NCBI RefSeq assembly: GCF_006345805.1
Contig: NC_043007.1
Location: forward strand, 74,400,001 to 74,464,000
Direction: 5' to 3'
From: Octopus sinensis
Taxonomy: Eukaryota
DNA length: 64,000 nt
Both the position numbers and the translations under genes were made by a program. The notes below the pieces were generated by a model that was given only the letters and a program-made list of their open reading frames with translations, did not search any database and was not told the origin of the DNA. Position 1 is the first letter of the stretch, and every line of letters starts with the position of its first letter. Positions 26,631 through 37,819 of this stretch are shown in pieces.

Positions 26631-26884
26631 AGCACTTGTATGGGTGCCACGTGAAAAAGACCTGTGCAGGTGTCATGTAAAAAGCACCTGTGTCGGGACC
26701 ACATAAAAAGCACCTGTGCTGGTGCCACGTAAAAAGCACCCTGTACACTCTGTAAAGTGGCTGGCATTCAGCCATAGAAACCTTACCAAAACAGAATGCT
26801 GGGGCTGCTCTCTGGCTTGCCAGTTCTGGTCAAACCACCCAACCCATGCCAGTATGGAAAACAAACATTAAACAATAATGATGA

Positions 26885-26929
<45 letters not shown>

Positions 26930-28136
26930 CATGCGTCTTTCAGTTTCCATCTACCAGATTTACACACAAGGCTTTGATCAGGGCTATACTAGAAGTTAGT
27001 TACCCAAAGTGCCATGCAGTGGGACTGAATCCTCAACCACATGGTTGGGAAGCCAGCTTAACCACATAGCCATGCCTATGCCTCTTTATGCCTTGTTACA
27101 TAAATTATTGAAAGAAGTATTCTTAGCATTGCATTTTAAATTGATATCTATAATCTTTCCCTCTGCTAAAATTTTACACATATCAGAATATTATTTGAGA
27201 ATTACTGTATTTCAAGGCATTGATGCACTTTTTTTTTCCTAAAAAAAAATGTCTAAAAATCACCCCAGGTCCTATATATATGAAGTTGGGTCTCCTCCAA
27301 GCTAATTTTGTCCTGACACTCGCTACAGTAGGCTAATTTTAGTCCAGACAGTTCTTTTCTATCTAGTTTGATTCCATAACAATATTTGCTTAAAATCTTA
27401 TTAATGTTTAAATAATGTTTTGTAATATTCTGCTTGATTGCTTTAAATATTACATGCTTTAATGTACTAAAAACTATTTTTCCTCAATGTGTGCTGTTGA
27501 AAATGAGATGTGTCTAATCTACTTGTGCCTCACTTTTATGCCATCAAATATAGTAGGAACCAACAATGACAGACCTAAATAATCTAAAATGTCAGTACAT
27601 ATATATTATTACCAACTTAATGCCAATATACTAGTAATTATTTTATCTTTTATCTTTTGCTTTTTTCAGTCAGACTATGGCCATTCTGGGGCACTGCCTT
27701 GAAGAAATTGTTTTTTAATCGAACGATTTGACCCCAGTACTCATTTTTGTAAGCCTGGTGCTTATTCTGTTGGTCGAACCGCTAAGTTACAGGGATGTAA
27801 ACATGTCAACACTGGTTGTCAAGTAGTGGTAGTGGTGGTGGGAGGGACACACACACAATGGCTTCTTTCAGTTTCTGTTTACCGAATACACTCACAAGGC
27901 TTTGGTCTGCATGAGGCTATAGTTGAAAAACTTGCCCAAGGTGCCATGTGGTTGGGAAGCCAGTTTCTTAACACACAGCTGCACTTGTGCCTATTTGTGT
28001 AGTTATTTTCTGAAAGTATTCTGTAAATCAAAATATTTTCTATTGTTTATTGCAGGTAAACACTGAGTCTGCTATATAAACCACCATAGATTTATTGGCC
28101 ATCTGCTTAAAGGACCTTTCTACAAAATAAGGAACC

Positions 28137-28148
28137 ATGGCAAGTCAG
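28137..28148 (+). CDS. CCDC9: CCDC9-like gene, first coding exon (exon 28056-28148; CDS encodes MASQ)
   Basis: Acceptor tattgtttattgcag ends at 28055 and donor CAG|gtaatg starts at 28149. The ATG sits in an ACCATGG context with an in-frame TAA 6 nt upstream (28128-28130). It joins in phase 0 to the exon at 41296. Confidence 0.7.
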
Positions 28149-28154
28149 GTAATG

Positions 28155-28384
28155 TTAATCCTTTTGTAACCATATTTCTATTTAAAAGCACTGCCACTAT
28201 TTCAATAATTTTGAAAATAATGTAAAATTTAGTTATTTCACATTGTCAGTACTAAGCTAATGTTTGGAACATAGATTAAGCTGAAATTTTGAGCAAAAGT
28301 TTTACTTCAGATCACTTTAAATCATGAAATTCATACCATAGAACCAAGGATGGTCTTGAATAGGTTGGTATGAAAAGGGGTTAA
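28155..28384. mobile_element. piggyBac-like MITE (family P1), directly after the exon donor
   Basis: TTAA at 28155-58 and 28381-84 flanking (t)ccttttg...aaaagggg ends. The interior is homologous to 31148-31376. Confidence 0.75.
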
Positions 28385-28482
28385 GTATAACAAGATTTTC
28401 AAACTATATGGAGATCATTAGGAGAATAAAAAAAATTTCGTCTTTTTAATGTCTTTTTATTTCTGATTTAGTGGTTAGAATA

Positions 28483-29771
28483 TCAGGTCAGGTCATCCCA
28501 TAAGTTCTGTCCGAATTTTGAATAAAGAAAACAAGTGATCAAATGTTATATTTAATTCAAATTTAATCATCAATGTACTTTCCTTGATCATCTATTACTT
28601 CCTTCCATCTATTTACAAGCTTTTTAACCCCATCAATGTAAAACTCTTTTGGTTTCAAAGCGAAGAACTCTGAAATGTCGGTTTTTACCTCCTCTTGGCC
28701 TGAGAAAGTTATGTCCCCCAAATGATTCTGTAAACTATGAAACAAATGGTAGTCTGAAGGAGCAAGGCTAGGAGAATAAGGTGGATGAGGAATTTTTTAT
28801 AACCTAGCTCTTCGATCTTCTGTGATGTGATCTTTGCAGTGTGGGATCGCACATTGTCCTGATGAAACATAACTCCTTTTTGATTCACTAAAGCGGGTCA
28901 CTTTTTCTTCAAAGCTTGGTTCAAACGCTCTAATTGCTGACAGCAGACTTGAGCATTGATTGCTGCATTAGATGGTAACAATTCAAAGTGAATTACTCCT
29001 TTGCAATCCCACCAGATAGAGAGAGCCTTTTTTCCATGAAGTTCTTTTCTCGATTGTGGTTGAGCTTTTTTCCTTTCACCAAGCCACTGTCTACAACATT
29101 TAACATTTCGATAGAAGATCCATTTTTCATCACTAGTCACAAGTCTATCCAAAAAGGGTGAAATGAGTTCATGAGAATGGAGAGAAGAGCAGATGTCAAC
29201 TCAGGATTTGCAGTTGCTTTCAGACAATTCATGAGGCACCCATTTTCCAAGTTTAGGAACCTTTTGAAGTTGTTGAAGATGACGATGAACAGTTGTATGG
29301 TTTGATCCAAGCTTTATTGGCAATTCTTCAACTGATGAGGCCGGATTTTCTTCAAGCAATGCCTCAAGGAGCTTGTCATCAAACTCAACTGGATGTCCTA
29401 TTTGATCTTCATCTTCAAGGCTGAAATCTCCACTTCTGAATTTTGCAAACCATCTTCTGCAAGTTCTTTCATTCAAGCATTCTTTCCCATAAGCTGAGTG
29501 TATGTTTCGAGTTCCTTTGGCTGCAGAGTTTCCTTTTTTGTACTCATAAAGCATTATGTGCCTCAAATGCTCTTTGGACACTTCCATGTTAGAAAAGGTT
29601 TTAATCAAAGAAATTTTAATTCTATTATTCTATAAAATAATATTTAATTAGTTTAAATGTACACAAATGCATAAAAATAATTTTTAATTCCATTAGACAT
29701 TCTAAAATACTATTAAATTTCATTCAATTTTGAAAAAGGTAAAATCGGACAGAACTTATAGGATGACCTGA
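28483..29771 (-). mobile_element. Near-full-length decayed mariner transposon (D,D34D; mellifera-subfamily-like)
   Basis: TIRs tcaggtcatcc(c/t)ataagttctgtccga at both ends, TA target sites (28481-82, 29772-73), 1289 bp. Transposase pieces in ORFs 29201-29608, 28898-29152 and 28563-28745 carry WVPHEL, TSDEKW, HQDN and YSPSLAPSDY. There are two in-frame TGA stops and one frameshift. Confidence 0.95.
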
Positions 29772-30164
29772 TATTTTGGCTCATGGTCATGAGTTTGATA
29801 GCCAGCAGCATGTTCTATCCTTGAGCAAGTCCACTCAGCTGGCAAAAATTAGTTGCACCTGTATTTCAAAGGGCTAACCTTGTCACATTCTGTGTCATGC
29901 TGAATCTCCTAAAAAACTATGTTAAGAATACATGTCTCTGTGGAGTGCTCAGCCACTTGCACATTAATTTCATGAGCAGGCTGTTCTGTTGATTGGATCA
30001 TCTGGAGCCCTTGTCTTAGCCAACGGAGTGCCAGTTTAAACAGTAAATTATTTTGTTTAGTGTTGGGAGGATAAACAGGGCTCACTTTTAGTTTTCTTGC
30101 TCCTTTCAAAACTATGTTTATATTGAAATACACTGCTTGTGTTTGAATTAATTTTGAAACTAAT

Positions 30165-30750
30165 CATCATCATCACCATTTAATGTTTGCTTTCCATGCT
30201 GGCATGGGTTGAACAGTTAGACATGTAGCTGGCTAGCAAATCTGTCCAGGCTCCAATTGTCTGTTGTGGCATGGTTTCTACGGCTGGATGCCCTTCCTGA
30301 TGCCATCCACTTAACAGAGTGTACTGGGCGCTTTTCATGTGTCACTGGCACAGGCGTATTTATGTAGTACCAGTATGGATGCATTAACGCAGCACCAGCA
30401 TGGGTGCTTTTTACGCGACACTGGCACTTGAAAGGACAAATCTCTGTGTGTAGAAGACAGCAATTTTACTTAACTTGACACAACTTATCAAGTACAGCAA
30501 ATTGCCGCATCTACCGGTCCCTTGTCATTCCTTCAGTGAGGCCCAGTGTCTGAAGATCCTTTCTCACTACTTTGTCCCATGTCTTCTCAGGTCTACCTCT
30601 TCCATAGGTACCTTCTATAATTAGAGCTTGGCACTTCTTTCTGCAGCTGCCCTCATCCACACGCATCACATGACCAAACCAGCATGGTCTTCCCTCTTGC
30701 ACATAACAATTGATGCCTCTTCTACCGAGTTTACCTCTTAAATCATTTAA
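30165..30750 (-). mobile_element. RTE LINE 3' end
   Basis: ORF 30511-30702 WFGHVMRVDEGSCRKKCQAL...GRGRPEKTWDKVVRKDL, followed by the family 3' UTR and tail. Confidence 0.85.
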
Positions 30751-30759
30751 AAACTGGGT

Positions 30760-31376
30760 ATAAGAGGCACCTGTAGATTATTTCTCATTAATTAATCTGG
30801 AGTTTGGAACATAAATTAACCCTTCTGTTGCCATGTTTCTGTTGAGATATTCTGTGTTTACTTCAATCAACTTTAAATATAATGAAGAGTTTAGTAAAAC
30901 AACTTTGTTATTATTAAGCTAGTCTTAGGAACATAAAATATGGACTAAATTTGGGTGAAAGATTTTAATTCTGAACGTCTGAAAGCAAAACATTTGTTGC
31001 AGGCAGTCTCAGGATGGATGATATAAAAAGGGTTAACATGGAATTTTGATGGAAGGTTTTACTTTAGATCACTTTAAAACAAGAAGTTTGTACCATGGAA
31101 TTATAACCTTGGCTTTGGGTGAATTGGTATCAAAAGCATTAAACCCCTTAACCCTTTCGTTACTGTATTTATTTTGAGATGCTCTGTATTTCTTTCAATT
31201 ACTTTAAATATGACAAAGAATTAAGTAAAATAACTTAGTTTACCATTAAACAAGTGTTAGGAGCATAAATTGCGACTAAGGTTTGGTGGAAGGTTTTAAT
31301 TCAAAACTTATGAAAACAAGACGTTTGTACTCAGAGCCGGAGCCAGTTTCAGCCGGGTTGGTAACAAAAGGGTTAA
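30760..31376. mobile_element. Cluster of three piggyBac-like P1 MITEs, one nested in another
   Basis: TTAA-CCC...GGG-TTAA units at 30816-31036 and 31148-31376. The flanks of the first are two halves of a further P1 copy. Confidence 0.8.
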
Positions 31377-31712
31377 TAGCTGTGTGAGGCTGATATGATT
31401 CTGCTTAAATTTGTGTAATTTGATGACTGGAAGAAAGATGTGGCCACTGGGTGAATCAAGTGGGGTGACCAGAATAAAATCATCAAGTATATCATGTAGG
31501 TCTAAGTATATCTGGTCCAGAATTAGAAAGTCCAAAAGAGTTCAAGCTTTGTTGTAATTTACTTATGTTTTCAAAAATTATTTTTTTTAATCTGAGAAGG
31601 AAGGACAAGCTCCATGTCCATTTTACAGGGATCCATAGAATGGTGGAATAAAAATAACTCCGAAGTTTCTCTTGTAGAAAACAGTGTATCAATATATTAA
31701 GTTATCTTTAGA

Positions 31713-31939
31713 AGGCGGCGAGCTGGCAGAAATGTTAGCACGCCGGGAGAAATGCGTAGCCATATTTCGTCTGCCATTACGTTCTGGGTTCAAATTCCGC
31801 CGAGGTTGACTCTGCCTTTCATCCTTTCGGGGTCGATAAATTAAGTACCAGTTACGCACTGGAGTCGATGTAATCTACTTAATCCGTTTGTCCTTGTTTG
31901 TCCCCTCTGTGCTTAGCCCCTTGTGGGTAGTAAAGAAAT
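31713..31939 (+). mobile_element. tRNA-derived SINE family B, young full-length copy
   Basis: Head ggcggcgagctggcagaaatgttagc, B box GGGTTCAAATTCC, tail gccccttgtgggtagtaaagaaa, and a 21-bp TSD atatattaagttatctttaga (31692-31712, 31940-31960). Confidence 0.95.
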
Positions 31940-32417
31940 ATATATTAAGTTATCTTTAGACCAGTGACCTACACAGAATGCTTGCAACTGAGCAGAGTCC
32001 AGTAAAGACACCACAGGTGAAGTGGTGGTAATGGACGGTGGATTGTGTCTGGTTATTTGACCAGCCTGACCCACTCCAGCATGCCAGGTTTGCTATAAGT
32101 AGCACTGAGTGGCTGCTTTAACTCACGTTAGCTGTGTTGTATTCTAGTTGTCTGACTCTTGACTGCCAAATAAGCAGTTGTAATAGCTGTAGCCCACAGT
32201 GGCTTATATAAATTTAACTGGAAGTTTACATATGTGTATGTGTTTCACTCACACACACACACGTGCATATATATACGTACACACTCAGACATTTATTCAT
32301 TAACAAGTTCTCAATATATATTTGTCTCTCAAAGAATGTTATCACCCCTGCTATACTCTCTGACAATAAACCATGTGTATGCACTTCAAGAACCAATCTA
32401 TTTCCCCATCAAATATG

Positions 32418-32700
32418 TTTCTTTATTAGTCACACAGGCGGGACAGATTGCAAAGTAGAGCTTTTCTTTTTGGGGGAGAGAAAAAAATATAAAGGTGGGG
32501 TAGGTTTTCGATCAAAAGGGATCGTAAAAGGGATAGCAGAAAAAAGAAAAAAGGAAAAGAAACAAAACAAAAAAAAAAACGATCAATAGGGATCGTGTAT
32601 CACAGTGTCATGATGTAAAGGGGGAAGCAGATAAGGTTTATCCATGGGAAGAAAAGCCTACGGAAAAGACCATGGTAACCTCGGTCAATATTGTTACATG
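32418..32700 (-). mobile_element. Tx1/L1-like LINE 3' UTR fragment
   Basis: The reverse complement contains gaggttaccatggtcttttccgtaggcttttcttcccatggataaacc, similar to 22238-22280, and ends ...cctgtgtgactaataaagaaa. Confidence 0.45.
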
Positions 32701-33533
32701 TTACCACATTTGTTTGCAAGTAGGTAACCCTCTGTTTTAAATTTCCGGGTTCATAGGATTATGCTCAAGGTGACTTCGTCATTCATATGTGCCATCCTTG
32801 CTACATTCACCCATCTTTTTTTAAAACATTCAAATAACTATGATAGTGACTGTTGAAATGACAGGACTGGGTGAATCATGCTGCTAAGCCCTGATCTTGA
32901 GATCACTCCCTTTTTTAAATTTGAAATAAACATTGTCTATCAGATATTCATTGTCATTATCATCATCAACCCCTGGACATTAGGATTTGTAGGGCAGATT
33001 ACCTGGTTTCCTTGGTGTGTAAGTGACTGAGGTCACGACATTCCCCCTAAATAGGAAGCCATTTCATTGCAGTGTTATTCATTTACAGTTGAATGAACTG
33101 GAGCAATGTGATATGAAGTGTTTTTGCTCAAGAACACAACTATCACCCTGACTGAGAATTGAAACTTCAATCTTGAAATTGCGAGTGTAACAACTGAACC
33201 ACTTGGCCATGTGCATTGTAGATGTATAACCAATTTTTTGCCCGTAAATTTAAACAACAAAATCTTATGTGGACCCTGGTTGTGAACTGCTGGTGTAGAG
33301 AAAGCATAAAAGCAGTTGATGTAGCCCTGAAACTGCTTGCTATTCAGTCAGCCAAACTGGGAGTAATGTTTATCAGGTCAAATTTTGTCATTTGATAAAG
33401 TTGTGCCCCTTAATGAACCTTATTCAGTTTTGTGATAATGTTTTATTGATTGCTGTGAGAGCCAGGGTGTTCATCTATATCAACATATATTTATCACAGG
33501 CCTTCTTCATTGTTCTCTTGAGCCTCTCCTCTG

Positions 33534-34282
33534 TTGTTCACCACCATGCATTTTGGGAGAAAAAACCCTGCATCCAAATACTCCCTCCACAACACTGATA
33601 TCAAGAAATCCTCTTGCGAGCGTGACCTAGGCATCACTGTCAGCAGTGATTTGCGTTGGACAAAGCATATCTCTAAAATTGTCAAGAAGGCCGAGGGTGT
33701 CTTGGCATCACTCAGCAAGACTTTTGTTAGCCGCTCTCCAGCCATCTATTTAAAACTGTATACAGCTATGGTACGACCACACTTGGAATTCGCATCATCA
33801 GTTTGGAATCCCTATCTTGCTCAGAACATTGACCTCCTGGAATCTGTCCAGAGACGTGCAACCAAACGCATACCCTCCATCAGACACCTACCATATTCTG
33901 AGCGCCTTGTTTCCCTGGGCATGGATTCACTGAAGCTCCGGCGTCTAGCGACGGACTTGGTAAACACCCACAAGGTTATCAACCACCTCACCAACAACAA
34001 CACTGAACACCTTTTTGATCTCCATGTGTCTAACACACGTGGACATGCCTACAAAGTCAGAAAACAGCACAGCTCCCATGACTTTCGGAAACATTTTTTC
34101 ACGCTCAGGGTTGCTGAAGCGTGGAATAAACTGCCTGCATCAGTTGTTGACTGCCATGACACTGCATCCTTTAAGGCCCTCATGCTTCCCGAAATCCGTC
34201 GAAACTACACCTGATTATATATACACTTTAGATGAGTTGTAGTGCACCTGAGCACTGTACACAATTATTATTATTATTATAT
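33534..34282 (+). mobile_element. CR1-clade LINE 3' fragment, young
   Basis: Open 226-aa frame with ERDLGI, LYTAMVRPHLEFASSVWNP, LESVQRRATK, ERL..L...L..RR, TRGH and RKHFFTLRVAEAWNKLP. It ends at a natural stop, then a short UTR and (ATT)n tail. More GC- and CpG-rich than the flanks. Confidence 0.93.
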
Positions 34283-35105
34283 CATTCTGAGTGAGCTTGC
34301 AAATATTTTAAGGCAAATGAGGCACAAATGTGGCTGTGTGGTTAAGAAGCTTGCTTCCTAATCATGTAGTCTTGGGTTCAGTTACACGATTCAGCCCTTG
34401 GACAAGTGTCTTCTCTTTAGGCCCCAGCTGACCAAAACATTGTGAGTGAATTTGGTATGGGGGAAACTGAAAGAGGCCTGCTGTGTGTGTATGACTTTTC
34501 CATCTTGCATGGAAAAGTAGATATTAAATGATGATGATGATGTTGATAATTAACTTGAAGATCAATACAGACAAAACTAAGATTCTTTCAACTAGTTTCA
34601 TAAACAAATATAAGTGTGATATCACAGTTGGTGATGCTGTTACAAATGTGTGAATGCGTCAATCTGGATTCACCCTTTTCTGTCTACCATTCAACCCAAA
34701 ATGGAAAGTAAAAACCTTGTTTATGCTGCCAAGATCAGAGAACAATCTCATCAGAAAATTAGATTTTTCCAGGCACTTGTACAATGTTTTCTACTGTTGT
34801 TAAATTTGTGCCCCTATGTAGTCAAGTTCTCTGTTTCTTAGAGTTATTTTGACAGCTGATCCTTGCAAGAGTTACCATCTATTTGACAAGCCAGTGAAAG
34901 AGCTTCTGTGTGATCACACAATCTTTTAGAAATAGCAGTTTTCTCAGATCACAACTTGTTTATTAGAAAAGGGAGGTCACATTGAATAATGTATTTCTGA
35001 GGACCTTATAGTGCTCTTCTTAGTGAAGGCATATATGGCTTAGTGGTTAGGGTATTCTGCTCATGGTCATAAGGCCATGAGTTTCATTCTAGTAGTACAT
35101 TGTAT

Positions 35106-35462
35106 CCTCTAGCAAGGCAGAGGTATTGTTTTTAGTCATATTTGTTTTTTTGTCTGTAGACAAGATATCTCAAGAACTGCTGGATGGATTTGGATGAAAC
35201 TTTCAGGGATGTTTGGCCTTGTGACTGGCATGAACTGATTAGATTTTAGGATCAATCCGGTACCAGACAAGGATTCTGGATTATTTTACCTGTTTTTTTT
35301 TTTTTGATTTATTTTTGAGAGCGGTTGGGTTCATTTTTAGTATTCTCGTTTGTGAGAGCAGTTGAGTTTATTCCAGATATTCTCATTTTAAAAATCATCT
35401 CAGGCTAATCAGTGAGAGGACATTGGTGTTGCCTTGGGGGCAGGTTTGCATTCTCTGAGTGC
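35106..35462 (+). mobile_element. Helentron-associated non-autonomous element (HINE/DINE-1-like), inserted in a SINE
   Basis: 5' palindrome cctct(a)gc-aag-gcagagg, internal core caagatatctcaagaactgctggatggatttggatgaaactttcagg, 3' sub-terminal repeat gccttggggg-cagg, and terminal hairpin gcattc-tct-gagtgc followed by a T-rich flank. Confidence 0.7.
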
Positions 35463-36654
35463 TCGTTTCATGTTACTTCCATCCACTCATCTAGCAAGAA
35501 TGTTTTACCTGTAATTCAAAAAGGCCAGCCATGCTACAATCTGTATCATGTTCTACGAGCTACACTAAGGATACATATGTCTGTGGAGTGCTCAGCCACT
35601 TGTACATTAATTTCACAAGCAGACCATTGCGTTGATTGGATCAACTGAAACCCTTGTCATTGTAACCAATGGTGTGCCAGTATTTTTTATAGTGCTCTTC
35701 CTAAAAAGACTGGATGGTCATAGCCTTTTCATCTTAGAACTGCTTTGCTAAGACTGAGCTGGAGAAAAGGAACATCATCATCATCATATTGCCAAACGTT
35801 TTGTTTCTTAAATTGAAATTGAGATATTTCTGATATTTAACCATCTGTGATTCTTTTCTCTCAAAGAATATAAAATTTGTACAATATTCCCTGTAAAAAT
35901 TTTATCTTGGAACTACTAAATTGCTATCAATATTTGGCCAAGGTAAAGCAACAAGCTGACAAAATTGTTAACCTTAAGTTCTGAGTTCAAATTCCGCTTA
36001 GATTGACTTCACTTTTCATCCTATTGGGTCAGTAAATTAAGTACCAGTTGAACACTGGGGTTGATGTAATCAGCTTGTCCACTCCTCTGAAATTACTGGT
36101 CTTGTGCCAAACTTTGAAAACAAAATTCGGTTGGGGTAAAGTGGCTAGATCGCTGAATTCTTAGCATTTTCTCCGTCCTTATGTTCTGAGTTCAAATTCC
36201 ATTGAGATTCACTTAGCCTTTCATTCTTTTGGGATTGGTAAAATAAGTACCAGTTGAACACTGGGGTTGATATAATCAACTTATCCACTCCCCTGAAATT
36301 GCTGCCTTGTGCCAAAATTCAAAACCAATATTTGGCTGGAGTCAATTACAAAACAACGTTTAACTGTTTGGTTTTTTTTTCCTGCTTGTTTTGTTTTTAT
36401 CATGAGCCTCAGGAATGATAAGGCTGAAGTTTAACCTGGTTTTCAAGGCATATAAAAGACTGAAATTACAACACTACCTCCTGAACAGGCACTGGTTTGT
36501 CATGAGGTTAACTTCCTGGCTATTACTGGAGCTCATCTATAGCTGAGTGATCTGGAGCAATGTGAAAGCAAATATTTTGCTCAAGAACACAATGCACTGC
36601 CTGGTCCATGAATTGAAACCATGATCTGACAATCATGAGTGTGACACCCCAACC

Positions 36655-37819
36655 CAGTGGTTCTCAGCCAGAATCCATATTATCTCATGGGGTCCCAATA
36701 AGGTTTTTAAAGGGTCCATGCAAGTAAATTAGTAAATTGGGGATCCACAGTATTATTTTAAGTGTCCATGGCAAAACTTTGATTCAGATGTATTGGGTTG
36801 TCCGGAAAGTTCATGCCGATTTATAGTAGCTTACCTTTCGACTTATTTTAGAACATGGTTGAATCCATAAAATAGGATTTGACTACACTTCCATTTAGAG
36901 CACAGTTTAAGCTATGTTTTCGTGATAGAAGGTTTATGTTCATATAACCTGTGTTAATTCTGTAACCCTTTAAATTGGAAGATAAGAAAGTTCATTTTCA
37001 GCACTTGATGCTTTGGGAACCAGACAAAAATTGCTGCAGCCCAGCTGGGATGTGTTACCCCGCCCTCCATATTCACCAGATATTGCTCCTTCAGATTTCC
37101 AGTTATTCAGGTATCTGCAGAATAGTCTTAATGGTTAAATTTTCAATTCCTAGGATGACGTAAAAAGATACCTTGATGAATTCTCTGCCATGAAACCACC
37201 TCATTTCTTGGAAGTGGGTATTTTCAAGTTAAAGGAAAGATGGAGATGCATTGTGCAACAAAATGGTTCATATTTGGTTGATTGAAAATGTAATGGCAAA
37301 TATTTATTAACCTTTTTCTTTCCTTTAAAATCGGCATGAACTTTCCAGACAACCCAATATTTATTGCATGAAATGGTTTGGTTTCTTTCTCCATGTTTTA
37401 CATAGTTTGATATATTTCTGGACACTGAAACATGTTTTCTCAGAAATTTGCTATTGCAAGTTTACACAAGTTACTGTGTGAAAAACAAAATAGGAATTTT
37501 GAAAGAAGTATCTAATAACCCTTTAGCATTCAGGTTATTCTGCCAAATGTAACACTTGTTTATTCACATTGTTTTGAATTAATCATGTATTATCTCACAG
37601 CCTTGAGCTTATGATAGTGTGATTGTTTATTTTTAGTGTGCCATTGTAGGGTAGATGTGAGGGGCTGGATCTGGCCAGTTTAAGCATAAGACAGGTAAAA
37701 TATCTCTTTAAGTGCTAAAGGTATAAACTAGTTTTTAAACATTGGATGGCTATGGGGGTCCACCAGAATAAAATAGTAATCAAAGGAGTCCATAGGTAAA
37801 AATTGGTTGAGAACCACTG
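36655..37819. mobile_element. hAT-family MITE carrying nested insertions
   Basis: Termini CAGTGGTTCTCAGCC / GGTTGAGAACCACTG, with a decayed 8-bp TSD (ccccaacc / ccctaact). Confidence 0.85.
36791..37359 (+). mobile_element. Internally deleted mariner, second family
   Basis: ~30-bp TIRs (tattgggttgtccggaaagttcatgccgattt) with TA ends. The transposase start MEDKKVHFQHLML is fused to the C-terminal WDVLPRPPYSPDIAPSDFQLF...ERWRCIVQQNGSYLVD*. Confidence 0.92.

Noticed and set aside
28563-29608. Functional or domesticated mariner transposase
   Set aside because: Two premature stops and a frameshift, with TIRs still present, fit an ordinary dead copy.
31713-31800. tRNA genes suggested by A/B boxes, here and in all SINE heads
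   Set aside because: No cloverleaf with a proper acceptor stem can be built, and the boxes run straight into SINE bodies with tails and TSDs.
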